The notes under the pieces: generated by a model
Databases searched by the model: none
Told to the model about the DNA's origin: nothing
What the model saw: only the letters and a program-made list of their open reading frames with translations
Position numbers and translations under genes: made by a program
Assembly (NCBI GenBank): GCA_029259115.1
Contig: JAPDJO010000030.1
Location: 1 to 35,162, forward strand
Direction of reading: 5' to 3'
From: Thermoplasmatota archaeon
GTDB lineage: Archaea; Thermoplasmatota; E2; DHVEG-1; B18-G2
DNA: 35,162 nt
Shown: positions 9,512-17,966 of the stretch, one piece after another
Layout: each line of letters opens with the position of its first letter
How positions within the stretch are numbered: the stretch's first letter is position 1

Positions 9512-10042
9512 CTATATATACTCAGACCAGTCTATTTTTCCTACTTTGTATCTCTCATAATCCAGTTTTCCCTCTATTAATTCTTCTGTAATCTTTGCAA
9601 CTTCTTCCACGGTTTTATCGCTGGTATCTATCTCGAAAACTTTCCTTATTCCATGTATCTCTACAGCCTCAGATAGTATTATATCCAAAATCTCAGCCTC
9701 AACATTTTCTTCTATTTTCTCCCATTTCCATCCTTTCTCTTTTAACCTTTTTCTGAGAATATCGGGTCTGCACCTAAGGACGATAACCATATCAGAAAAA
9801 TCTATCAGATGAGAAAGATGTCCCTCGAGGATATAGTTGTTTGGCTTTTTCATAGTCTTTCTAAGGTGATTTTTCAATTTCTCTGTATCTATTATATAAG
9901 AATTTCTCTCTTTATCATGATCCAGCACGAAACCCTTTTCCAAGGCAAGATCGATCAGATTAATCACGTGGTATTTTTTCTCTAGGATTTTAGCTACCGA
10001 AGTCTTGCCGACGCCTGGCGTTCCTGTAAGTGCTATAATCAT
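9512..10042 (-). CDS. Archaeal AK6/Fap7-type adenylate (nucleotide) kinase
   Basis: GTPGVGKT P-loop, hhhEGH motif and KIEENVEAE. Confidence 0.88.
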   Translation of the reverse strand: MIIALTGTPGVGKTSVAKILEKKYHVINLIDLALEKGFVLDHDKERNSYIIDTEKLKNHLRKTMKKPNNYILEGHLSHLIDFSDMVIVLRCRPDILRKRLKEKGWKWEKIEENVEAEILDIILSEAVEIHGIRKVFEIDTSDKTVEEVAKITEELIEGKLDYERYKVGKIDWSEYI

Positions 10043-11334
10043 ACTAATCTATGGTATTCGTAACCATTAAGACCTTCGTGGAAGCAATAATGAACCTTCT
10101 GATAGTCTTTCCTAAATTCTTTTATCTCTTCCCTTATCTTCTTAGGATCTTCCTTATCTATTAAAACCCTTTTCATGAACTCGGCTACATTCTCCATCTC
10201 GCTTTCCTTCATTCCTATCCTTGTTAGCTCTTGCGTTCCTAGCCTTATACCCGATGGATTTAAAGGATCCTTGTCTCCTGGTATCATATTCATATTCGTT
10301 ATTATACCAGCCTCATACAGAAGCTTTGAAGCTTCCTTACCTTTCCCCTCACCAATCCTAACCAATAGCTGGTGAGATTTTGTAAAACCAAGTTTTTCTC
10401 CAAAAACATCAAACCCCCTCTCATAAAGTGCCTGACCAAGCTTTTGGGCATTTTTGATCGTTTGTCTAGCATAATCTTTTCCGAACTGGAGATGCTCAGC
10501 AAAAGCTATTGCCTTGGCAGCTACATGATGCAGATGGTATGAAGAGGTAACTCCAGGAAAAACACCAAAGTTTAATCTCCTTAGGAACTTTTTGTCTTCT
10601 TCTGTATCTCCTTTGTGATCAGATAGTATTACTCCGCCCTGCGGTCCTGGCAGAGTCTTATGAGTCGAGCCAGTCATGACATCCGCTCCTTCTCTTAGTG
10701 GATCCTGGAAATAGCCTGCTCCTATCAATCCTAAAACATGAGCAGCATCGTATACAACATAAGCACCAACCTCATGAGCAGCATCCGCAAGCTCCTCTAA
10801 CGGAGTGGGAAATAGAAAGACAGATTGACCAAATAGAGCCAATTTGGGTTTTACTTCCTTTATGAGCTTGACTGCTCCATCAACATCTATATTCATCTCC
10901 TCATTTCTAAATGGGTAGAATACAAGGTTGATTCCTCTAACTCCGGCTGCTCCCCATTTTCCAAAAGATATATGAGCTCCATCTGCAGTATCGAGAACCG
11001 TTGCAGTCTCTCCAGGTTTTATCAGAGCTTTGAGGACGGCCATGTTTGCTGTGGTTCCTGCTGTTGGTCTGACATCTGCATATTCACACTTGAAGAGTTT
11101 TTTAGCTAACTCTATAGCTTTAAGCTCAACTTTATCGAAAAACTCACAACCCTCGTAGTATCTGTTTCCAGGAGTTCCTTCCGCGTATCTTCCATGAAAA
11201 TCTGATATCAAAACCTCTTTGCATAGTGGCGAGAGAATATTCTCGCTCGCTATCATCGGCAAGGAGCTCGCAAAGAGCTCGTTGTTCTTGATGGTCTGCT
11301 CTCTTACATACAACGCTTCCTTATACCAGTCCAT
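10039..11334 (-). CDS. glyA: Serine hydroxymethyltransferase (archaeal type)
   Basis: IASEN, RYAEG..RYYEG, YDAAH, GSTHKTLPGPQGG (PLP lysine) and SGIRLGT motifs. Start set at ATG 11334, which has a GGTGA SD. Confidence 0.95.
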   Translation of the reverse strand: MDWYKEALYVREQTIKNNELFASSLPMIASENILSPLCKEVLISDFHGRYAEGTPGNRYYEGCEFFDKVELKAIELAKKLFKCEYADVRPTAGTTANMAVLKALIKPGETATVLDTADGAHISFGKWGAAGVRGINLVFYPFRNEEMNIDVDGAVKLIKEVKPKLALFGQSVFLFPTPLEELADAAHEVGAYVVYDAAHVLGLIGAGYFQDPLREGADVMTGSTHKTLPGPQGGVILSDHKGDTEEDKKFLRRLNFGVFPGVTSSYHLHHVAAKAIAFAEHLQFGKDYARQTIKNAQKLGQALYERGFDVFGEKLGFTKSHQLLVRIGEGKGKEASKLLYEAGIITNMNMIPGDKDPLNPSGIRLGTQELTRIGMKESEMENVAEFMKRVLIDKEDPKKIREEIKEFRKDYQKVHYCFHEGLNGYEYHRLV

Positions 11335-11409
11335 ACTGGTCACCAGATTCGAATATGGATGTGACATAAAAAGATGATGGAACAGAGATTTCTCATACCC
11401 ATCGATAAA

Positions 11410-11457
11410 TTTAAATATGTTATGTATATATAACATAATGTTAGAAATACTTAACAT
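11410..11457 (+). promoter_or_regulatory. TATA box (TTTAAATA) followed by two tandem ATGTTA-N8-TAACAT operators
   Basis: TATA at 11410-11417; palindromes at 11417-11436 and 11438-11457; GGTGA SD then ATG 11466. Confidence 0.75.
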
Positions 11458-11465
11458 AAGGTGAG

Positions 11466-11840
11466 ATGATGAATAGGAAGCGATTTGCGATGTGTGGCGC
11501 CGTGATAAGTGCAATTATTGGAGCAATCGTTGGCTACAGTATGCATATCCATAATTTTGTACTTCCATTTGTTGCAGTGACTGCAGGAATTCTAATACTA
11601 CATTTGCTCAGACGAAAAGTGGATGAGGTAATTGAAGATGAAAGGATTTACAGGATAAGCGAGAAAGCATCTAGAAGGGTTCTAGAGATTTTTGGCACAG
11701 GCTCAGCACTCGCAGGAATTACGTTAATCGCACTTGATAAACATCAAGAGGCTGGTTATGCCTTGGCATTCTCCGCATGTGTCTTGATACTATTGTATAT
11801 GGTCTTCTATGCTTATTACAGCATGAGATCCCTGGATTAG
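11466..11840 (+). CDS. DUF2178-like membrane protein
   Basis: Four hydrophobic helices with a central IEDER..ISEKAS motif. Confidence 0.78.
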   Translation: MMNRKRFAMCGAVISAIIGAIVGYSMHIHNFVLPFVAVTAGILILHLLRRKVDEVIEDERIYRISEKASRRVLEIFGTGSALAGITLIALDKHQEAGYALAFSACVLILLYMVFYAYYSMRSLD

Positions 11841-11848
11841 GTGATAGT

Positions 11849-12208
11849 ATGAAGGTTTTTTACATTGGGATTTTAATGATTCTTATTGGTGTCTTGCTCT
11901 GGCTGATAAAGATCTATACTCTTGGAACTGGGCTACTCCTGGCAGGAATCCTTCTGCTAATTTCATATATATACCATGTAAGGAAACCGAAAACGGAAAC
12001 CATCATAGATGAAAGAGTGGAAAGAATAAATGATAAAGCTGGCAATTATGCCTTCTGGATAACCATCGCAACTCTATCCATAGTTTTTTGGATCAATTTT
12101 TATGGAATCAAGGTGAGCATGAAAGATATCTACATGATCACTCTCCTTGCTGGGATCTACTCATGGATCATCTCCAGATTCTATCTCTCTAGAAGGGATA
12201 TGAGATGA
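11849..12208 (+). CDS. DUF2178-like membrane protein (paralogue)
   Basis: Four hydrophobic helices and [14 protein letters not shown]. Start at ATG 11849 with AGGTGA SD. Confidence 0.78.
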   Translation: MKVFYIGILMILIGVLLWLIKIYTLGTGLLLAGILLLISYIYHVRKPKTETIIDERVERINDKAGNYAFWITIATLSIVFWINFYGIKVSMKDIYMITLLAGIYSWIISRFYLSRRDMR

Positions 12209-12408
12209 GGACAAGAATCAAAGAGTACAGAGCAAGGTACAACATGACTCAAGAAGAGCTTGCAAGGAGGGTTGGGGTTAGAAGAGAAACCATCGTTTTT
12301 TTGGAGAAAGGGAAATACAATCCCTCTCTGAAACTTGCATACAGAATTGCAAAGGTTTTTAACGCTACCATTGAGGACATCTTTCTGTTTGATGATGAAC
12401 AGTTATAG
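12205..12408 (+). CDS. XRE/Cro-family HTH transcriptional regulator
   Basis: [41 protein letters not shown]; ATGA coupling to the upstream gene. Confidence 0.93.
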   Translation: MRTRIKEYRARYNMTQEELARRVGVRRETIVFLEKGKYNPSLKLAYRIAKVFNATIEDIFLFDDEQL

Positions 12409-12441
12409 TTGAAAATGACTTTTCGGCAGAGTTTTTAAGAT

Positions 12442-13527
12442 TTATATCTCAAGAAAGGTTGGAGCATGAGTTAATTTTCTCACCCTTCCGTTCAAAAAAA
12501 CAAAATCATCCTCTATCCTTATCCCACCAACACTTTTTAGATATATGCCAGGCTCTATGGTGAATGTTACCCCATTGGAAAATCTCTCTTTCACACCATT
12601 AACTAAACTGAATCCATCGTGAACCTCCAGACCTATGGTATGACCAGAGGAATGTATGAATTTGCCTCTAAATGCTGTTTTTTCTATGAATTCGAATATT
12701 CTCTTGTGAACGGTCTCGAATCTGGTACCTTCCCTTATTACTCTCCTTCCCGCTTCCTGCGCTTCCAAGACAATTTCAAACATTCTTCTTACTCTGTCAT
12801 TTGCTCTCCCATAGACAAAACTTCTTGTTATATCCGATACATAACCTTCATATCTCGCACCGAAGTCTAACAAAACGATTTCATTTCTTCTCAATTTTTT
12901 GTTTCCTGGAATGTGATGAGGTACTGCACTGTTCTTACCAAAAGCAACTATGCTTTTGAAAGCTGTTTCATCCCCACCATACTCTTTCACCAGCAGATCT
13001 ATTTGAGAAGCGATCCCTTTTTCGCTTATCCCTTCCTTCAGTTTATTCAACAACTCTTCGAAAACTTTCTCTGAAATCTTGCAAGCCCTTTTGATCATCT
13101 TTATTTCATGATCATCTTTTGTTAATCTTGATAGAAGCATCCCTTTACTGATGTCCCGCAGTTTCTTTTCCCCAGCCCATTTTTTTATGAGCTTATAATC
13201 ATAGAAGCTGGTATATTTTGCATCAAATCCTATAACTGAACAATCTTTAACCAGTTTTTTCAATTCATCCTTTATCTTTTTTTGATCTTTCGCTATAAAA
13301 ACATCAATGTAATCTTTCTCAACTTTGTCAAGACCAGATGTAATCAGTTTTACTCTCTTATCCTCTCTCTTGCAGATAGCTATAGATCCCTCAAAGAATC
13401 CTTTCACCAAACCAGTTATATAAGAAAAGGTAGGATTTGGACTGGACCTTTTTATTGAGATTATGCAGTCTATATCTTCACCAAGTAGAGAAAATATCTT
13501 CTTAACTCTATCTCCGATTCTTAGCAT
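12442..13527 (-). CDS. pepQ: Xaa-Pro dipeptidase/aminopeptidase (M24B)
   Basis: LLDFGA, SDITR, HSSGHTIGLEVHD, TIEPGIY and RIEDD metal ligands. Confidence 0.9.
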   Translation of the reverse strand: MLRIGDRVKKIFSLLGEDIDCIISIKRSSPNPTFSYITGLVKGFFEGSIAICKREDKRVKLITSGLDKVEKDYIDVFIAKDQKKIKDELKKLVKDCSVIGFDAKYTSFYDYKLIKKWAGEKKLRDISKGMLLSRLTKDDHEIKMIKRACKISEKVFEELLNKLKEGISEKGIASQIDLLVKEYGGDETAFKSIVAFGKNSAVPHHIPGNKKLRRNEIVLLDFGARYEGYVSDITRSFVYGRANDRVRRMFEIVLEAQEAGRRVIREGTRFETVHKRIFEFIEKTAFRGKFIHSSGHTIGLEVHDGFSLVNGVKERFSNGVTFTIEPGIYLKSVGGIRIEDDFVFLNGRVRKLTHAPTFLEI

Positions 13528-13557
13528 TGTACGTCCTTTCTGCGAACCCCCTCCTAT

Positions 13558-13947
13558 CTATTTTCTTTCGTATCTCTGTATGATCTCTTTGAGTTCTTGC
13601 AAACTCTCTTTTATGCTGTTTAACTCTTTCATCTTCTCCTCTTCAAGCTGTTTTATGATCTCTGACAAAGGTGTTGTAAGTCTGTAAACATGTACAGGCC
13701 TTCCTTTACCCTTCTTTTTAACGTCTCTCTTTGTTGCCCATCCCCTCCTTCTCAATTCCTGCATAGCTACACTAACTTCGGGCTGTCTTAAGTTTGCCCC
13801 CCTCTCCACATCCGCTGATTTACACTCTTCCACTTGAGATATGTAAAGCAAAGTTTTTGCTAAATTTTTTGGCACCCCTAACTCTGCAAATAGCTCTACT
13901 ACTTTCTCGTCAGACTCATCTAAAACAGGCTGTTTCTTTTGTTTCAT
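13558..13947 (-). CDS. Winged-helix transcriptional regulator (COG4738/ArsR-TrmB-like)
   Basis: LRQPEVSVAMQELRRRGW..GKGRP..Y motif; GGTGAGGAG SD. Confidence 0.8.
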   Translation of the reverse strand: MKQKKQPVLDESDEKVVELFAELGVPKNLAKTLLYISQVEECKSADVERGANLRQPEVSVAMQELRRRGWATKRDVKKKGKGRPVHVYRLTTPLSEIIKQLEEEKMKELNSIKESLQELKEIIQRYERK

Positions 13948-14011
13948 TTTCTCCTCACCGATATTGAAATCATTCTGACCTATTTATAATTTTCTTAATT
14001 TTTCCTCCACT

Positions 14012-14929
14012 CTATTTTTGCAACCTTATTTCCAATTTCATAAAATCTCTAGCAACTATAGAATCCTCAAAAACCTCTTTTGCCTCCCTTTCTAGATCAT
14101 CATCTCTCATATACCTTGGACTTATGTGAGTCAAAACCAATCTTTTAACATTCGCCTTCTTTGCTATCTCTGCAGCCTGGCGTGCTGTGCTGTGCGCATA
14201 CTCTAGAGCAACATCTTCCAGATCTGACAAGAAGGTTGAGTCATGTATCAGTAAATCTGCATTTTTTGCGTACTCTACCACTTTATTTGTAGGTCTTGTA
14301 TCTCCAGAGTAAACTATCTTTCTACCAGGTCTTGGAGGTCCGAGAACCATATCTGGAGTTATTATCCTTCCATCCTTTAGTTTCACACTCTCTCCCCTCT
14401 GCAGTTTTCCGAACAAAGGTCCTTCGGGAACTCCTAATTCAAGAGCCTTTTCTTTGTTGAATCTGCCAGGTCTCTCATCTTCTTCCAGAACGAAACCTAA
14501 AGTTGGAACATTGTGATTTACTCTAAATGGTCTCACTTCGTATCCTTCAAATCTGACCTTGTCCCCCTCATCCACATCTACACCTCGAATCTCATAGGTG
14601 GGCTTGAAGTATCCTAGATTTTTAATTGTCTCCACTAATCTACTCGTCCCTTTTGGTCCATATATTAGCAAGGGATCTTTTCTGTCGTTGAGTTGCATCG
14701 TTTGAATCAAACCAGGTAAGCCTAAAAAATGGTCACCATGAAAGTGTGATATGAATATACTCTTTATCTGCATATAGCTTAATTCTGATCTCTGTATCTG
14801 CCTCTGAGTCCCCTCTCCGCAATCAAACAAAATGATCTCTCCACCCCTCTTTACAGCAATAGAAGAAACATTCCTCTTTACCGTGGGCCAGCTTCCCCCG
14901 GTTCCCAAGAATATAACGTATAGTTGCAT
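14012..14929 (-). CDS. rnz: Ribonuclease Z (tRNA 3' endonuclease)
   Basis: FLGTGG, FDCGEGTQRQ, HFHGDH, GVPEGP exosite, YSGDT, HST and LTHISPRY motifs. Confidence 0.95.
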   Translation of the reverse strand: MQLYVIFLGTGGSWPTVKRNVSSIAVKRGGEIILFDCGEGTQRQIQRSELSYMQIKSIFISHFHGDHFLGLPGLIQTMQLNDRKDPLLIYGPKGTSRLVETIKNLGYFKPTYEIRGVDVDEGDKVRFEGYEVRPFRVNHNVPTLGFVLEEDERPGRFNKEKALELGVPEGPLFGKLQRGESVKLKDGRIITPDMVLGPPRPGRKIVYSGDTRPTNKVVEYAKNADLLIHDSTFLSDLEDVALEYAHSTARQAAEIAKKANVKRLVLTHISPRYMRDDDLEREAKEVFEDSIVARDFMKLEIRLQK

Positions 14930-14960
14930 CTCTTAAGGTTATTTCAAAGAAGAATAAAAA

Positions 14961-15965
14961 CTATTTTGTGAAGATACAGATGTATCTGGTTAGATTTCCA
15001 TGAACTCTGAATGGGTGTACCTCTACAAGATCCATGTAATCGCAGCCGATTTTTATCAATTCAATACTTGGGATTGCACAAACCAGTTTCTTTCCACTCT
15101 TTAGAACATTGGAAATGGAAAGGAAAGCTCTCTTGTACAATTTCTCTATAGGTTCTTTCTTTGTCGTCGAGGCTCTTCCATATGGAAAGTCTGTAACTAC
15201 AGCATCTACTTTGCCAAATATATCTATCTCGCCGACGTCTACATTCTCTATCTCGAATCCCTTAATCCCGTAGTAACGTAGATTCTTCTTGCAACCTTCA
15301 GCTATCCATCTTTCTATATCACTTCCCATGACTTCTGCTCCAATGAGACCAGCCTCTATTAATATACCCCCTGTTCCGCAAAACGGATCCAGAAGTTTTT
15401 CTCTTGCCTTTACCTCTGATAGATTTACCATGCATCGCGCCAGGCGTGGATGCATAGATATAGGTAGAAAAAAAGGTCGGAAGTTCGCTTTCCTCTTCTC
15501 GTATTGACTTCTATTCACTTCGAATAACTTTTTCCCCACAAACCAGAGTTCCTCTGATAATAGCAACCTTATCTCAGTATCTGGGTTAGTTAAATTTACA
15601 TCGTGTTTATCAGCGTATATCCCTCCTAGTTTCTTTTCTAAATCAATGGATCTAAGCTTTTTATTACTCCTGTTCTCACATCTCACCCTAAAGCTACCCT
15701 CTATATCTACTTTGGTTTTTCTTGCTTTTTTCAGAAGATGACGGAGGTATGGCTTTGTTGAGAAGAGATAGATGTCTATAAGATGGGAAAGAGCTAATCT
15801 TTGAGAGACCTTTTTGATATCGGCTCTACCCTCGATGTTTACCAGTAGAAAGCTACCAAATATATCCATATATCTATAACTTACACCCTCACTTTTCAGA
15901 CAATGAATGACTTCAGAAGGGGATAGCGATGGATGCTCTCCAGATAGCTCAAACACTACTTTCAT
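14961..15965 (-). CDS. THUMP-domain tRNA (guanine-10-N2)-methyltransferase (Trm11/TrmG10 family)
   Basis: ELSGEH N-terminus, THUMP region, RPFF.P.SM.PRLAR, LLDPFCGTGGILIEA and TDFPYG (variant of DPPY). Confidence 0.87.
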   Translation of the reverse strand: MKVVFELSGEHPSLSPSEVIHCLKSEGVSYRYMDIFGSFLLVNIEGRADIKKVSQRLALSHLIDIYLFSTKPYLRHLLKKARKTKVDIEGSFRVRCENRSNKKLRSIDLEKKLGGIYADKHDVNLTNPDTEIRLLLSEELWFVGKKLFEVNRSQYEKRKANFRPFFLPISMHPRLARCMVNLSEVKAREKLLDPFCGTGGILIEAGLIGAEVMGSDIERWIAEGCKKNLRYYGIKGFEIENVDVGEIDIFGKVDAVVTDFPYGRASTTKKEPIEKLYKRAFLSISNVLKSGKKLVCAIPSIELIKIGCDYMDLVEVHPFRVHGNLTRYICIFTK

Positions 15966-15968
15966 ATT

Positions 15969-16466
15969 TTACTTCTCTTCTGTAATCTCATGGTATTGGC
16001 AAGCTCTGTAATATTTGCATATCAGGTGATGTAATGTTATCTCTCCTATTAGCCTTCCTTTATTGTCGATGACGGCTAACCTTCTGACCCTGTATTTCTT
16101 CATCCTCAATAGTATATCGTATATCTTTTCATCAGCCTTACAAGTTACTGGTCTTTTTGACATGATCTCTTCAGCTTTAGATACCATCCCAAATTGCAAA
16201 GATCTAAGATCCGGTTTTCCGAACATATATGGGGGGAGATGAGGTGGAGAGAGTAAGGATAACAGATCATGCTCAGTTATGACACCTATCAATCTCATAT
16301 TTTTTTTGTCATCAACAACCCAAACGTGATTCTTTCCGCTGACTATAGATAAGATTGTTGCTATGTCGGTATCTTTATCTACGACGGGAAGATCCCAAGA
16401 TCTTCTATCCATCAAATCTTTGACTTTTAGGTTGTAGAATTCTTTTATCAGCCTCTCCTTTCTCAT
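15969..16466 (-). CDS. CBS-pair (Bateman module) protein
   Basis: KVKDLM..VWVVD..LIGVITEHD and AEEIMS..RRLAVID..LIGEIT. TTTAAATA (16497-16490) ends 23 nt before the ATG, suggesting a leaderless mRNA. Confidence 0.88.
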   Translation of the reverse strand: MRKERLIKEFYNLKVKDLMDRRSWDLPVVDKDTDIATILSIVSGKNHVWVVDDKKNMRLIGVITEHDLLSLLSPPHLPPYMFGKPDLRSLQFGMVSKAEEIMSKRPVTCKADEKIYDILLRMKKYRVRRLAVIDNKGRLIGEITLHHLICKYYRACQYHEITEEK

Positions 16467-16534
16467 TGCTTTAAGAGAATGTTGTAGAATATTTAAAATC
16501 TATGACCATCAGCTAGGCAAAGATAGAAACTTAT

Positions 16535-16557
16535 TTTAAGTATAATGAACATACTTA
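16535..16557 (+). promoter_or_regulatory. csp promoter TATA (TTTAAGTA) overlapped by a TAAGTAT-N7-ATACTTA inverted repeat
   Basis: TATA-like 16535-16542; perfect 7-bp arms at 16537-16543 and 16551-16557. Confidence 0.5.
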
Positions 16558-16561
16558 TCCT

Positions 16562-16656
16562 GCAAAAGAGTAGGAACAAAAGAGAAGCCCCGCTTCTTTT
16601 TGTTTCTATTCTTTTGCTAAAAAAACCAGACCTCCAAGGTCTGAGGAGGTGAGTAA
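16562..16656 (+). promoter_or_regulatory. Structured csp 5' leader: 26-bp hairpin plus alternative SD/anti-SD hairpins
   Basis: 16562-16588 pairs with 16592-16617 (2 G-U pairs, 1 bulge). CAGACCT/AGGTCTG competes with ACCTCC/GGAGGT. Confidence 0.65.
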
Positions 16657-16848
16657 ATGAAAGGGGTAGTAAAGTGGTACAACCCAAGGAAAGGCTACGG
16701 CTTCATCCAGGGAGAAGACGGAAAGGACGTCTTCCTGCATAGAACAGAAATACCATTTGGAACCTATCTCAAAGAGGGCGACGCAGTAGAATATGAAGTC
16801 GAAAATGCACCGAAAGGCCCAAAGGCAATACACGTGAAGAAGCTGTAG
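16657..16848 (+). CDS. Cold-shock protein (CspA family)
   Basis: KGVVKWYN, RNP1 KGYGFI, RNP2 VFLH and KGPKA; 63 aa; strong GGAGGTGA SD. Confidence 0.95.
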   Translation: MKGVVKWYNPRKGYGFIQGEDGKDVFLHRTEIPFGTYLKEGDAVEYEVENAPKGPKAIHVKKL

Positions 16849-16953
16849 TTGTTTGGTTCGCTTATAGAACGTCCTTAGGTTAAAAGTCTATTTTTGCTTT
16901 TTATCTTTCTTTTGACAACTTTTAATTACAACTTACTCATTTTTAGCAGAGGA

Positions 16954-17820
16954 ATGAAACTCAAAGCTATATGGGAATTAACAAGACTGGACCACGGTTT
17001 CATGCTCGTGTTAGCTATTTTGATTGGGGCAATTATCTCAGATAAAAGTTTCTACAACCAATATGTAAAGTTAATTTTTGCTTTTTTAACAGCTTTATTC
17101 TTGGAGGCAAGTACATTCTCCCTAAATGATTATTTAGATTTAGAAATTGACAGGAAAAACAGAAGGATAGATAGACCTCTGGTTAGGGGTGACCTCAAAC
17201 CGAGAACCGCTTTGTTGATATTTTTGCTTCTGTTTCCGATGGGTATAATTTCTTCACTGTTGGTGAATTTTAATTGTTTTATCATAGCTATTATTACAGG
17301 GATATTTGCAATCCTCTACGATTTCAAAATAAAGAAAATAAAGTACATAGGGAACTTTTATATCGCTTATACAACCGCAATACCCTTCATTTTTGGCTCC
17401 GTATCTGTATCATCACATATACCTTATGCTGTTTTAGTTTTAGCTATGATAGCATTTATTGCTAGTCTTGGGAGAGAAATGATGAAAGATATAATAGATA
17501 TTAAAGGAGACAGAATCGGAGGAGTAAGATCTATACCTATGTATATAGGTGAAAGAAAAACTTGCCTAGCTATTTCTATCTTGTATATATCGGCTGTATT
17601 ACTAAGTCTTCTCCCTTTCTTATTGCTGAAAAATACAACATACTATTTTAATTACGCATATTTAGCTCCTATACTTGTTACAGACTCTATTTTTGTCTAT
17701 CTTTCTGTAAAACATGTAACCGAGAAAAGACCACCTCTTGAAAAATTCAGAAGAACGTCTCTTCTAGGAATGGTGCTAGGCTTAGTTGCTTTCCTTTTGG
17801 GTTCGATTTTAAAGTTGTAG
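16954..17820 (+). CDS. UbiA prenyltransferase, probable digeranylgeranylglyceryl phosphate synthase
   Basis: NDYLDLEIDRKNR..RPL and REMMKDIIDIKGD aspartate-rich motifs; many TM segments; start ATG 16954. Confidence 0.87.
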   Translation: MKLKAIWELTRLDHGFMLVLAILIGAIISDKSFYNQYVKLIFAFLTALFLEASTFSLNDYLDLEIDRKNRRIDRPLVRGDLKPRTALLIFLLLFPMGIISSLLVNFNCFIIAIITGIFAILYDFKIKKIKYIGNFYIAYTTAIPFIFGSVSVSSHIPYAVLVLAMIAFIASLGREMMKDIIDIKGDRIGGVRSIPMYIGERKTCLAISILYISAVLLSLLPFLLLKNTTYYFNYAYLAPILVTDSIFVYLSVKHVTEKRPPLEKFRRTSLLGMVLGLVAFLLGSILKL

Positions 17821-17837
17821 AAAACCTAAAGCATCGT

Positions 17838-17860
17838 TGGATCTTTGGGCTAGAGATCCA
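17838..17860 (+). terminator. Short hairpin 3' of the UbiA gene (possible 3'-end or stability element)
   Basis: TGGATCTTTG-GGC-TAGAGATCCA forms up to 10 bp including 2 G-U pairs, starting 18 nt after the stop. Confidence 0.35.
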
Positions 17861-17868
17861 TGCAAAGT

Positions 17869-17966
17869 TTTAAATAGTTTTGTTACTTACATTTGGTAAA
17901 AAACCTACCAGTGAAAGGGATGCACGTGAGTGCTCTTTTTCATATGGTAGGTGTAGAAGGGATAAA
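17869..17966 (+). promoter_or_regulatory. TATA box and structured 5' leader of the FKBP gene (22-bp hairpin with GNRA loop)
   Basis: TTTAAATA at 17869-17876. 17903-17925 pairs with 17930-17952 (3 G-U pairs, 2 single-nt bulges, GUGA loop). Confidence 0.65.

Noticed and set aside
15178-15195. DFPY instead of DPPY in the Trm11-like methyltransferase, suggesting inactivation
   Set aside because: The second position of this motif varies among amino-methyltransferases, and the other motifs are intact.
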